DNA of 64,000 nt. Source: an uncultured Smithella sp. GTDB lineage: Bacteria > Desulfobacterota > Syntrophia > Syntrophales > Smithellaceae. The position numbers and the translations under genes were made by a program. The notes beneath the pieces were generated by a model, which saw only the letters and a program-made list of their open reading frames with translations, searched no databases and was not told where the DNA came from. The stretch spans positions 2,233 to 66,232 of the forward strand of contig CAYMWM010000001.1 in NCBI GenBank assembly GCA_964394185.1. Direction: 5' to 3'. Below, piece after piece: positions 37,444 to 46,701 of the stretch; the first letter of the stretch is position 1; every line of letters begins with the position of its first letter.

Positions 37444-38682
37444 ATGAAATTTAAACTTATTTATCCGAAATGGGAAAAACTGGAACGTCAAACCAGTTTT
37501 ATATTGCCACCGCACGGACCTGTTGTTTTTGCCGCCGCACTGCCTGATGATGTGGATGTGGAATTTGTTGATGAAAACATACAGGAAATTGATTTCGAGC
37601 AGGAAGTTGATTTTGTCGGCGTTTCGGTAATGCTGACGGTGCAGATAAAGCGCGGCTGGGAAATAGCCGATAAGTTCAGGGAAAAAGGCATCAAGGTCAT
37701 ATTCGGTGGTATCGCCACCATGCTGCACTCAGAAGAAACCCGAAAACATGCCGACAGTGTCTTTTTGGGAGAAGCAGAAGGTCGCATGGAAAGGGTATTC
37801 GATGATTTTAAAAACGGCAGGCTCCAGCGGGTTTACGATTACATGCAGGATTTGCCGGCCATTGAAACTGTCGGAACCGCACGCAGAAGCATTTTAAACC
37901 GTGACGCATATAATTACAGGGGTGTGCAGATGGTTGATCTGGTGCATGCCTCGAGAGGCTGCCGCTTCAACTGTTATCCTTGCGCCGTGAGATTTCTTGG
38001 TGGACGAAAATTCCGTCCACGCCCCTTTGATAAAGTCGTTGCGGAAATGGCCAGCATTGACAACAACAGACTTTTTATTGTTGATAATTCACTGGCACAG
38101 GACAAACAGTGGGAAATGGATTTATTCCGGGAAATGATTCCGCTAAAGAAAAAATGGTGTTGCCATCCCATTGAAAATGACGATGGCGTGCTGGATCTTG
38201 CCGCTCAGGCAGGTGCGTGGTTTGTTTATCAGGCAATTTTTGATTCTTCCGATTTCATCCGCGACCGCATCAAGCGCTATCATGATTACGGTATTGCCGT
38301 GGAAGGCAGTATCCTGCTGGGGCTTGATTATCACACAGAGGATTATATCAAAAAGCTGGTTGATTTTCTGCTGGATGTTGAGTTGGACATGGCGGAATTT
38401 ACAGTACTGACTCCTTTTCCGCATACAAGGACTTTTGATGATTTGCATAATGAAAAAAGAATTTTATCTTATGACTGGAATGATTATACTTGCGGAAAAG
38501 TTGTGTTTCAGCCCAAAATGCTTACGCTTGGGGAATTGCAGACTCTTTATTATTACGCATGGGATAAATTTTATGAAGAAGAACCGCAAACCTATAAAAT
38601 GTTCAAGTTGCTGAAAAAAGTTACTGATAAAGAAAAGGCGGATGGTACATATAAGCCGCGAGTACGCAAAAGAGAAGTCTAA
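37444..38682 (+). CDS. B12-binding-domain radical SAM enzyme (class B), copy 1
   Basis: N-terminal Rossmann-like cobalamin-binding-type domain, then HASRGCRFNCYPCAV (Cx3Cx2C). Confidence 0.85.
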   Translation: MKFKLIYPKWEKLERQTSFILPPHGPVVFAAALPDDVDVEFVDENIQEIDFEQEVDFVGVSVMLTVQIKRGWEIADKFREKGIKVIFGGIATMLHSEETRKHADSVFLGEAEGRMERVFDDFKNGRLQRVYDYMQDLPAIETVGTARRSILNRDAYNYRGVQMVDLVHASRGCRFNCYPCAVRFLGGRKFRPRPFDKVVAEMASIDNNRLFIVDNSLAQDKQWEMDLFREMIPLKKKWCCHPIENDDGVLDLAAQAGAWFVYQAIFDSSDFIRDRIKRYHDYGIAVEGSILLGLDYHTEDYIKKLVDFLLDVELDMAEFTVLTPFPHTRTFDDLHNEKRILSYDWNDYTCGKVVFQPKMLTLGELQTLYYYAWDKFYEEEPQTYKMFKLLKKVTDKEKADGTYKPRVRKREV

Positions 38683-38701
38683 AGGCGGGGGAGATTTTTT
38701 C

Positions 38702-40258
38702 ATGATGAAAAAAAATAACAACAAGGGTGCCGTTGTCATCGACGGCAGCAATATCCGTTTCAATGATATTATCACTGTATCGCGCTACGGCATGCCCGTG
38801 CAGATAAGTAAATCGGGGAAATTCATAAAAATGATGGGCAGAACCCAGGAAATTCTCATGGATTCCATGCGCAAAGGGGTTCCTGTTTACGGCGTGACAA
38901 CCGGCTATGGCAAGTCATGCGGCAAGCGCATGTCATTTGATATAGCCCTGAAAAACGGCGTCAACATTTTTACTTTTCACGGCTGCGGAACGGGAGAGCC
39001 CATCGGCATTGAAGAAACGAGGGCGGCCATGCTGTGCCGCATTATCTGTCTGGCGCGCGGTTATTCAGGAGTGTCCATTGCCCTGCTGCAGCAAATGGCG
39101 GATTTTCTGAATCACGGCATAACACCGGTAGTTCCCTGCGAAGGTTCTGTCGGTGCCTCCGGTGATTTGACGCCGATGTCGTATGTCGGAGCCTGCCTTG
39201 CCGGAGAACGCAATGTCATTTATCAGGGCAAGACCATGCCCTCATCCAAAGCGCTAAGGGAAGCAGGACTCAAACCTTACAAATATTTACCAAAAGAACC
39301 GCTGGCGATGGTGAACGGCACGACAACCATGACCGGCATAGCCGTTTTAGCTGTCGAGAGAGCCTGGCGGATTTTATCCGCGGCAATTTCTGCGACAGCG
39401 CTTTCCATTCACGCGCTCAAGGGAAACGCCCGGCATTATCATCCGGTGATTTCGGAGGCTAAATCTTTTCCCGGCCAGGCTTTTGTCTCCGCCCAGATTA
39501 TCAATCTCTTAAAATCCAAAGTACCGGCTCACAAACTTGAAGATGACGCTTTGGAAACTTTGCAGGACCCATACTCCCTGCGTTGTGCTCCGCAAGTGGC
39601 GGGCGTTTTATATGACAGCCTCGACTGGATAAAAAAATGGGTGGAGATTGAAGCGAACAGCTCCAACGACAACCCGATTTTTAATCCCAAAACCGGAGAA
39701 GTGCTCATGGGCGGCAATTTTTACGGCGGGCATATAGCTTTTGCGATGGATGGCCTTAAAGCCGCGCTGGCATCTATTGCCGATATGTGTGACCGGCAGA
39801 TCATGCTTTTGGTGAATCCGAATTTAAACAGGGGATTGCCCGGAGATCTCGTGAGAAAATCCGGCAAAGTGAAAGGATTGCGCCATGGTTTCAAGGCCAT
39901 GTCGATCTCCTCTTCCGCCCTCACGGCAGAGGCGCTCAAAGCCACTATGCCTGCGGCTTCCTTTTCGCGTTCAACCGAATCCCATAATCAGGACAAAGTA
40001 AGCATGGGAACGATAGCTGCACGTGATGCTGAAAGGATTTGTACGCTGACGGAACGCGTTGTGGCCATTCATCTTCTGGCGGCTGCTCAGGCCTGCGATA
40101 TCAGAAGCAATATTGTAGCAAGACCGCTACTGGCCGGTCTTTTGAAGAGCATCAGGAAAGTATCGGCTCCTGTCGTGGACGACAGGGCAATGGATAAAGA
40201 CATTGAAAATATCTGCGAAGCAATAAAATACTCCGATTTTTTTAAGATGAAACCATGA
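38702..40258 (+). CDS. MIO-dependent ammonia-lyase/aminomutase family protein (HAL/PAL/TAL family)
   Basis: ATG 38702 after GGGGGAG. GSVGASGDLTPMSY, with the Ala-Ser-Gly MIO triad at 39155-39163. Substrate not assignable by eye. Confidence 0.85.
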   Translation: MMKKNNNKGAVVIDGSNIRFNDIITVSRYGMPVQISKSGKFIKMMGRTQEILMDSMRKGVPVYGVTTGYGKSCGKRMSFDIALKNGVNIFTFHGCGTGEPIGIEETRAAMLCRIICLARGYSGVSIALLQQMADFLNHGITPVVPCEGSVGASGDLTPMSYVGACLAGERNVIYQGKTMPSSKALREAGLKPYKYLPKEPLAMVNGTTTMTGIAVLAVERAWRILSAAISATALSIHALKGNARHYHPVISEAKSFPGQAFVSAQIINLLKSKVPAHKLEDDALETLQDPYSLRCAPQVAGVLYDSLDWIKKWVEIEANSSNDNPIFNPKTGEVLMGGNFYGGHIAFAMDGLKAALASIADMCDRQIMLLVNPNLNRGLPGDLVRKSGKVKGLRHGFKAMSISSSALTAEALKATMPAASFSRSTESHNQDKVSMGTIAARDAERICTLTERVVAIHLLAAAQACDIRSNIVARPLLAGLLKSIRKVSAPVVDDRAMDKDIENICEAIKYSDFFKMKP

Positions 40259-40674
40259 ATGAAAAAAATAAAAGCTTTGAAGTCAGAATCCGCGTGCCTT
40301 TCTTTGATCTCGATCCCATGCAGATCGTCTGGCATGCCAACTATCTGAACTATTTTGAAGTGGCGCGCGCGGCGCTTTTCGAAAATAACGGGATTGATCT
40401 TTACTCCTTTTTTCAAAAGCAACAATTAATCTTCCCCATCATCAAAACATCAACCAAGCATATACTCCCTCTGCGTCACCGTGATGAAATTATCTGCAAA
40501 GCGACGCTTGTCGACGCGTATGTCAAACTGGTTGTTGATTTTGAAATCCGCAGGGTGGATGACGGCAAGGTCTGTGCCCGCGGTCGCACGGAACAGGTCA
40601 CGGTAAAGGCTCCGGAAATGGAAACCCTGTTCAGTGTTCCCGAAGAAATTCGCCGCGCCTTTGGTTTTTCATAA
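40255..40674 (+). CDS. Hotdog-fold acyl-CoA/ACP thioesterase (4HBT/YbgC type)
   Basis: FEVRIRVPFFDLDPMQIVWHANYLNYFE. ATGA overlap with the lyase stop. Confidence 0.75.
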   Translation: MNEKNKSFEVRIRVPFFDLDPMQIVWHANYLNYFEVARAALFENNGIDLYSFFQKQQLIFPIIKTSTKHILPLRHRDEIICKATLVDAYVKLVVDFEIRRVDDGKVCARGRTEQVTVKAPEMETLFSVPEEIRRAFGFS

Positions 40675-42395
40675 TGGAAAATATTTTACAAAAGTCTTTT
40701 ATTGCCGGCCTGGAGAGGCTTGTCGCCCGCGCGGAATTGCTTGATTCCATCAATGTTTTTCCCATTGCCGACGGTGATACGGGAAGAAATCTATCCATAA
40801 GTCTTTTCCCTCTGCGTGAGGTTGGTGAACCTGATGAAAAAATCATTCACCGGCTTCTTATATCGGCGCGCGGAAATTCGGGGAATATCGCCTCGCAGTT
40901 TTTTTCCGCTTTTTGCATGGCGCAAAATGTTTCTCAACTAGCAGACCGCGCCAAAGATGGCGCCAAGAAAGCATGGCAGGCCGTGAGCAATCCCCGTTCG
41001 GGCACCATGCTGAATGTCTTTGACGCTCTTGCCGAAGTTCTGACTCAGGATTTAAATCCGGATAAACCGGCGGTGGATGCGATCATTGCTTCACTGGAAA
41101 ACGCCGTCCACAAAACCTACGAACAACTGCCGCGGCTACAGGAGGCGCAGGTTGTAGACGCCGGCGCTCTGGGTGTATACATTTTTTTTGAAGGATTCTT
41201 TTATGCTCTTGCCGGTATCTCTGAAGATTGCCATCCTGTGACGGAAACCTTTAAAAATCGTCTCAAAATTTCTTCTTCATTTCAGGAAAAAACGGAATCG
41301 GGTTATTGCGTTGATTTTGTCGTCAAGGCTCCCCGTTACTCGCCTGAAGAAATAAAGATAATCACCAGCGTTCAGGAGGAAGTTATTATCATTCCAGAAG
41401 GCGATTTTTACAAAATACATTTACATACTCAGGACAAGGAAAAGGTCCGTGATCAAATAAGCGGGCTGGGCAATGTCATCAACTGGGAAGACGATAATCT
41501 CGCCTCTCAGGTTAACCAGTTCATGCAGTCAAAAGACGGCCGGAATTTTCATATCATGACCGACGCCGCGGGTTCTCTGACCCATCAAGACGCCAAAAAT
41601 TATAACTTCACGCTTTTAAACAGTTATCTGACCGTCGGTGAAAAATGCATGCCGGAAACGTATTACCATCCTGAAGAACTTTACAAAGCCATGCTTAAAG
41701 GCATCAAGGTATCGACGTCGCAGGCTTCCGTGTACGAAAGACATCAGTTCTATCAAAGTGTTCTGGAGAGGTATGAAAAGGTTTTATATCTGTGTGTCGG
41801 CTCCGTGTTTACAGGCAATTATCAGATAGCGCTCCAGTGGAAGAAAGAACACAATAAACAGGATAGTTTTTTGGTATTGGACACCGGAGCGGCATCGGGC
41901 AGACTGGGCACAATCGCTCTGGCGACCGCGCGATATCTGGCGGAAACGAATGATATGAAAAAAACCGTTGTGTTTGCCCGGAAAGCCGTGCAGGAATGCG
42001 AAGAATATGTGTTTTTGGACAAACTGCAATATCTGGCCGAGGGCGGCCGTCTTTCCAAAACCAGCGCCAGGTTCGGCGATATGCTGCATATGAAACCGGT
42101 AGTATCTCCCCTGCCCGAAGGGGTAAAAAAAGCCGGTGTGGTCAGAAATCAGGAAGACCAGCTTAAGTTTGCCTTAAAAAAACTTGACGCATCAATCAAA
42201 GACGATTCCCGCGCATTCATCATGCTGGAATATTCAGATAACAAAAACTGGGTTGAAGGCACTGTCAAGAAGGAACTGGAAGCGTTATATGCGGACGCGG
42301 AAATTATTCTGCAGCCGTTGTCGCTGACATCCGGCGCGCACATGGGGCCGGGGACGTGGGGGGTTGCCTTTCTGCCGGATAGAACAACTTCATAA
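40674..42395 (+). CDS. FakA-like fatty-acid kinase: Dak2 (DhaL) domain plus DegV-type C-terminal domain
   Basis: LLDSINVFPIADGDTGRNL and SARGNSGNIASQFF match the FakA/DhaL N-terminus. The C-terminal half is FHIMTDAAGSL...LLNSYLTVGEK, DegV-like. TAATG overlap with the thioesterase. Confidence 0.7.
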   Translation: MENILQKSFIAGLERLVARAELLDSINVFPIADGDTGRNLSISLFPLREVGEPDEKIIHRLLISARGNSGNIASQFFSAFCMAQNVSQLADRAKDGAKKAWQAVSNPRSGTMLNVFDALAEVLTQDLNPDKPAVDAIIASLENAVHKTYEQLPRLQEAQVVDAGALGVYIFFEGFFYALAGISEDCHPVTETFKNRLKISSSFQEKTESGYCVDFVVKAPRYSPEEIKIITSVQEEVIIIPEGDFYKIHLHTQDKEKVRDQISGLGNVINWEDDNLASQVNQFMQSKDGRNFHIMTDAAGSLTHQDAKNYNFTLLNSYLTVGEKCMPETYYHPEELYKAMLKGIKVSTSQASVYERHQFYQSVLERYEKVLYLCVGSVFTGNYQIALQWKKEHNKQDSFLVLDTGAASGRLGTIALATARYLAETNDMKKTVVFARKAVQECEEYVFLDKLQYLAEGGRLSKTSARFGDMLHMKPVVSPLPEGVKKAGVVRNQEDQLKFALKKLDASIKDDSRAFIMLEYSDNKNWVEGTVKKELEALYADAEIILQPLSLTSGAHMGPGTWGVAFLPDRTTS

Positions 42396-42525
42396 AAAGT
42401 CCATACCCTAAAGTGCACTATAGTCTGCTGTGTTGCGCTTCGCCCTTCGTCATTGCAACGTATCATAAAATACGTCTCATTCATCAGGGCTTGCGTGTCT
42501 TGCATCTGGAGCTTTTTACGAAGCC
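42393..42525 (-). repeat. Structured repeat, copy B (inverted relative to copy A)
   Basis: On the minus strand: CAGATGCAAGACACGCAA (42508-42491) and GCGCAACACAGCAGA (42438-42424) around a hairpin ACGTAT-N6-ATACGT. Begins at the stop codon of the FakA-like gene. Confidence 0.5.
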
Positions 42526-42629
42526 GTTAAATACAATGGTTTAACAATTTTATTTTCTGTGATACTCGTAAGTTATTGGGAAGATGAAGAAACAGTCTTG
42601 TATCGACTGTATAATCTAAGGATATTACC

Positions 42630-43139
42630 ATGAACAGGTATATAATAAGCATAATGTTTTTAATATTTTTCTCTGTATCATCTTTATCTGCAAATGGTTC
42701 TACTGATGATTGTTTTAATAAAGAGACAAAAATCGATAAGTTCATATGCAATGCTTCACTCATTAAGGGGAAATCATTGCGTGAGATAAGAAGTATTGGG
42801 AAATTAAATCATGAATTTACAGAAAATAAACCAAATAGTCATAATGCGAACAAAATAGATACATTCATAACCTTACAATTTGATGGTCTTAAAATCTATG
42901 GATGTTTAAAATCTCAAAATGAAGTATGGCCAATTCGGGTAATTGTAACGAAGCCTCAATGGAAAATATCTGATGGTCTTGAAGTTGGCGTGCCTAATGC
43001 ACGCCTTACTGAGGTGCTCGGCGATCCAAAAGAGCAAGGAAAGAATTTTAAAAAGTATTGTGGTGAGACTGATTGTGTCACTTTCTACATTAAAAACGGA
43101 GCAATCGTAAAAGTTGAATTTGATTATTATGTAGACTAA
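42630..43139 (+). CDS. Secreted hypothetical protein (AT-rich gene)
   Basis: Signal peptide MNRYIISIMFLIFFSVSSLSANG. No family recognised. Visibly AT-richer than its neighbours. Confidence 0.5.
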   Translation: MNRYIISIMFLIFFSVSSLSANGSTDDCFNKETKIDKFICNASLIKGKSLREIRSIGKLNHEFTENKPNSHNANKIDTFITLQFDGLKIYGCLKSQNEVWPIRVIVTKPQWKISDGLEVGVPNARLTEVLGDPKEQGKNFKKYCGETDCVTFYIKNGAIVKVEFDYYVD

Positions 43140-43228
43140 GAAAACTAACCCATTGCATCCACAGTACATTCTATCTCCTCCAGTGAACAGTGCAGTTTAG
43201 ATGCAAAGTAAATCAATAATAGATTAAT

Positions 43229-43945
43229 ATGAGTACCAAAAATAAAAATAATCGAATTGCCTTTATCATTCCCGTTTATAATCATGCCGGGACGGTGGCG
43301 CAGGTGGTGAAGGATACACAGGCGTTGGGCTTTCCCGTCTTTGTTGTTGACGACGGTTCAACCGATAATACATACGATCAGATTAAAGACATAGCCGGTA
43401 TTCAAGTCCTGCGGCACGAGCAGAATCAGGGGAAGGGCGCGGCCATCCTGACCGGCTTTGCCGCGGCTACGGCTGTGGCCGATTGGGCCATCACGATGGA
43501 TGCCGACGGTCAGCACTATCCCCGGGATGCCAAAGGACTTATCAAGGCTATTCCCAAGAAAGACCGGGCGATCATAGTGGGAGCAAGAACCTATCAGGAA
43601 GGCGAACATGTTCCCTGGACGAGCCGTTTTGGCCGGAAATTTTCCAACTTCTGGGTGCGAACATCCGGAGGACCAAGTATTTCGGATTCCCAGAGTGGCT
43701 TTCGCATTTATCCAATGCCCGAGGCCCTTAATCTTCCGACAAAAGCGCGGCGCTTCCAGTTTGAAGTGGAAATTTTGGTGCAAGCCAAAAGAAAAGGTAT
43801 CCCGGTAATGGAAGCGCCGGTGCGCGTCAACTATAATCCCGGCGGTGAAAGAATTTCTCATTTTCGCCCTTTTGTGGATTTTTTACACAATTCCTCAACG
43901 TTTACCCGTCTGATTTTTACCCGCATATTTCCACCGCGAAAATAG
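43229..43945 (+). CDS. Family 2 glycosyltransferase
   Basis: IIPVYNHAGTV...VVDDGSTDNT and MDADGQH (DxD) motifs. Confidence 0.8.
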   Translation: MSTKNKNNRIAFIIPVYNHAGTVAQVVKDTQALGFPVFVVDDGSTDNTYDQIKDIAGIQVLRHEQNQGKGAAILTGFAAATAVADWAITMDADGQHYPRDAKGLIKAIPKKDRAIIVGARTYQEGEHVPWTSRFGRKFSNFWVRTSGGPSISDSQSGFRIYPMPEALNLPTKARRFQFEVEILVQAKRKGIPVMEAPVRVNYNPGGERISHFRPFVDFLHNSSTFTRLIFTRIFPPRK

Positions 43946-44020
43946 TATTTCCATCAGTAAAATAATGAAAAACCCTTTTTTAAGGTTATTGCTACAGAGA
44001 ATTTTTTAAAGATTTTGAAA

Positions 44021-46003
44021 TCAGATATTTACACGCACAGGTAAAATAACCGTAGTAATACCCTCCCACTGCAGGCGCCTCTGAATAGCGAAGGCTGTTT
44101 CATTGTGAAGGATTCTTTGGAAAGCATTCTCCTGACGGAAGACCAGTTTGCCTGTAAAAACTGATGATTTGGGGAATTCCCGGACAATTTCCTGACAGAG
44201 ATGAGTTGCCGTCTCAACAACATCTGTTCCCACATCCATGCGATAATCAGCGGCATAGCCGTAGGAACGGGCTATTTTGACGTATTGGGCGACCTGCTCT
44301 TTAATTGACGATTTTAGAGCTTCAATTTCCGATGCGCCTTTAAAGGCACCGGAGTCAATTTCCGCCACGGATACAAAAATAAAATTGCGGTAGAGTTTCG
44401 GAAATTCCTTGAAAACTGAAAGCCATGAATGCAGACCGAATCCATTGAACCCGCTTACCAGTAGAATAGCTGTCCGTTCATTGGAATTCAGCGGCTCTTC
44501 ATTGGGAACTTTACCGGAAGGAATTGACGAAAGGATTTCTTCCAGCTGACGCACGCCCTTGCGCACTTTCATGTAATGGCCTTTAATAAGATAGCACAGA
44601 CATATCAACGTTGACGTGATGACCAGAGTCACCCATCCTCCTTCACCGAACTTTTCATAAATCGTGACGATCAGGATGGTTGAACAAAGAATTAAACCTA
44701 TAATATGAATAACACTACGGCTTGCCCAGCGTTTATCCTGGTGGCGGTTCTGGAAACAAAATTTCGCCATGCCGAACTGAGAAAGTGTAAAATCCAGAAA
44801 GACGTTGATGGAATACATGACAACGAGAGCTGTTACGGAACCTTGTGTGTATAGGAGCAAAGCCAAAGAAGTAACTCCCATGAGAAGAACGCCATTCTGC
44901 ATCGTCAGGCGTTCCGAAAGAGCCGAGAAACGGCGGGGCAACCAGGAGTCTTTAGCCATATTTGCCATGATGCTGGGACCGCCGGCGAAACCGGACTGGG
45001 CGCCCACCATAAGGAGCGCCCCTTCGGACAAAATCGTGATAAAGGCCAGGGTTCCTCCCATGAACCAGCCGTTGAATGTCAGATCCGCCAGCGTGGCGTT
45101 CAGTGTCCGCCCTGCCACCGGCATAATATTGAAAAGAGCGTAACAAAACAGCAGGCCGGAGGCTGTGACAGCCAGAGAGACAGCCAGATAGAGCATCGTG
45201 CGCTTGCCCGTCTGCACTTTCGGTTCCCGCATGATGTGCATGGCTGTGGAAACGGCCTCAATTCCCGTATAGGTACCGCCGCCCATGGAAAAGGCTCTTA
45301 AAAAAATAGCTAGAATTCCAACAAACCCGATGGTTGAAAGATCCATACTGATATGACCGCTATACCGTTGCACAACGGGCCCTAATTCATTGATATGGGA
45401 ATATAATCCATAGCCGATGAGGAGGACATGGGTGACGACAAAAGTGATAAAGATCGGCGCAAGGAACGTGACGGACTCTTTGACGCCCCGGAGATTCAGA
45501 AAAACGAGAAGAATAATCAAACCCATAACAAATGGTAGTTTGTAATGCAAAAAAGCGGCAGGCAAATAACTGAAAATGGCATCACCGCAAGCGGCCAGGG
45601 AAACCGTAATGGTCAGGATATAATCGACCAGAAGAGCCGATCCGGAAACAACGCCCGCACCGCTACTGATTGTATGGGTGGAAACCATGTATCCACCGCC
45701 GCCATTGGGAAAACGTTCAATGATTCGGGAATAGGCAAATGCAAGAACAAAAACGGTGAAGGCAGTGGCAATGGCGATAAAGATGGCCAGATAGGTATGG
45801 GGTCCCAGAGCCTTGAATGCTTCTTCAGGGCCATAGGAAGACGATGACAGACCATCGGCGCCCAGACCAATCCATGCCAGAATCGGAATCAATGAAATTC
45901 TGTGAAAGAGTGACGGTTCATTGATGTTGCGCGGCGCACCGATAAAACGATGTTTCAGGCGTTCAAAGAACGATTCATGCGGTTTATTATCGGGAATATT
46001 CAT
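44021..46003 (-). CDS. APC-superfamily permease with cytoplasmic C-terminal domain (KimA-like, possible K+ importer)
   Basis: 660 aa. N-terminus RFIGAPRNINEPS...LGADGLSSSSYGPEE resembles the KimA pattern. About 12 TM helices plus a ~200-aa soluble tail. Confidence 0.65.
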   Translation of the reverse strand: MNIPDNKPHESFFERLKHRFIGAPRNINEPSLFHRISLIPILAWIGLGADGLSSSSYGPEEAFKALGPHTYLAIFIAIATAFTVFVLAFAYSRIIERFPNGGGGYMVSTHTISSGAGVVSGSALLVDYILTITVSLAACGDAIFSYLPAAFLHYKLPFVMGLIILLVFLNLRGVKESVTFLAPIFITFVVTHVLLIGYGLYSHINELGPVVQRYSGHISMDLSTIGFVGILAIFLRAFSMGGGTYTGIEAVSTAMHIMREPKVQTGKRTMLYLAVSLAVTASGLLFCYALFNIMPVAGRTLNATLADLTFNGWFMGGTLAFITILSEGALLMVGAQSGFAGGPSIMANMAKDSWLPRRFSALSERLTMQNGVLLMGVTSLALLLYTQGSVTALVVMYSINVFLDFTLSQFGMAKFCFQNRHQDKRWASRSVIHIIGLILCSTILIVTIYEKFGEGGWVTLVITSTLICLCYLIKGHYMKVRKGVRQLEEILSSIPSGKVPNEEPLNSNERTAILLVSGFNGFGLHSWLSVFKEFPKLYRNFIFVSVAEIDSGAFKGASEIEALKSSIKEQVAQYVKIARSYGYAADYRMDVGTDVVETATHLCQEIVREFPKSSVFTGKLVFRQENAFQRILHNETAFAIQRRLQWEGITTVILPVRVNI

Positions 46004-46347
46004 GTTTTTGGATTATTAATATGAACACCATCGGCAATATAACCGCAAATGAAATCATGATTGTCATTTAACTGATTTCCTTTTTCGTCATATATGCCAA
46101 TTGCAAAGTGTGGAGCAACAATCTGCAAGTGGACGGTTTTGCCATCATTTATTGTAATCTGAATGGGTCTGCACATACTTGGCAATCCTTCTTCATTACT
46201 GCCCCGGACATCAAGTTCGTATTTCCCCTTTTCAACATCAATCGAGATATCTTTTAAAGGAAGTACTTTACCTGCTTCCTGACCATTCAGCAAGATTGCA
46301 TAATCGTCGCTGCGGCTGAGATTAGAAAAAATAATCTTTGACGCCAT
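46000..46347 (-). CDS. Hypothetical protein translationally coupled to the permease
   Basis: 115-aa ORF whose TGA overlaps the permease ATG (ATGA at 46003-46000). Confidence 0.5.
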   Translation of the reverse strand: MASKIIFSNLSRSDDYAILLNGQEAGKVLPLKDISIDVEKGKYELDVRGSNEEGLPSMCRPIQITINDGKTVHLQIVAPHFAIGIYDEKGNQLNDNHDFICGYIADGVHINNPKT

Positions 46348-46701
46348 AATCTTATAAGTGTGGTTTGTAAACCGTCTGCCCGTATTTGTTAGGGGATGCT
46401 TTTACTCTGCTTGATAGGCAATTGCAAGCGAATTCATACGCCATAACTACTGAGAAAATCATTCTGCCGGCAGCTGATATTTAATGTTGATACGAATCTC
46501 AAAATGCACAGATGGAAAATCTTTAAAGAAAAAGCTACCTTTCCGCAATTCGACACGACGCAATAAACTGATTTTCCGGGTAGCCTTCTGGTGATAAAAA
46601 AAGCTTGATTTATTAAGGCTTTTGTCTTGCCACGGCAGCTAAAATGTGTTTTTATTAAATTCTTGTAAGAAACGGATAAATAAGCGAATTATTAGGTATA
46701 T

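Noticed and set aside
42149-42505. 118-aa minus-strand ORF
   Set aside because: It starts inside repeat copy B and runs antisense into the 3' end of the FakA-like gene. The parallel artefact at copy A supports a spurious call.
43185-43215. Possible third, partial copy of the structured repeat (CAGTTTAGATGCAAAG), which would bracket the AT-rich gene 42630-43139
   Set aside because: Only an 8-nt identity (AGATGCAA) to the core. An 8-mer is expected about twice by chance in 64 kb counting both strands.
46348-46701. ydaO-type c-di-AMP riboswitch upstream of the KimA-like permease operon
   Set aside because: I read the minus-strand leader and did not find the conserved paired ACGGGG / CCCGA-type cores or the pseudo-two-fold symmetry. 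Only a covariance-model scan could exclude it fully.
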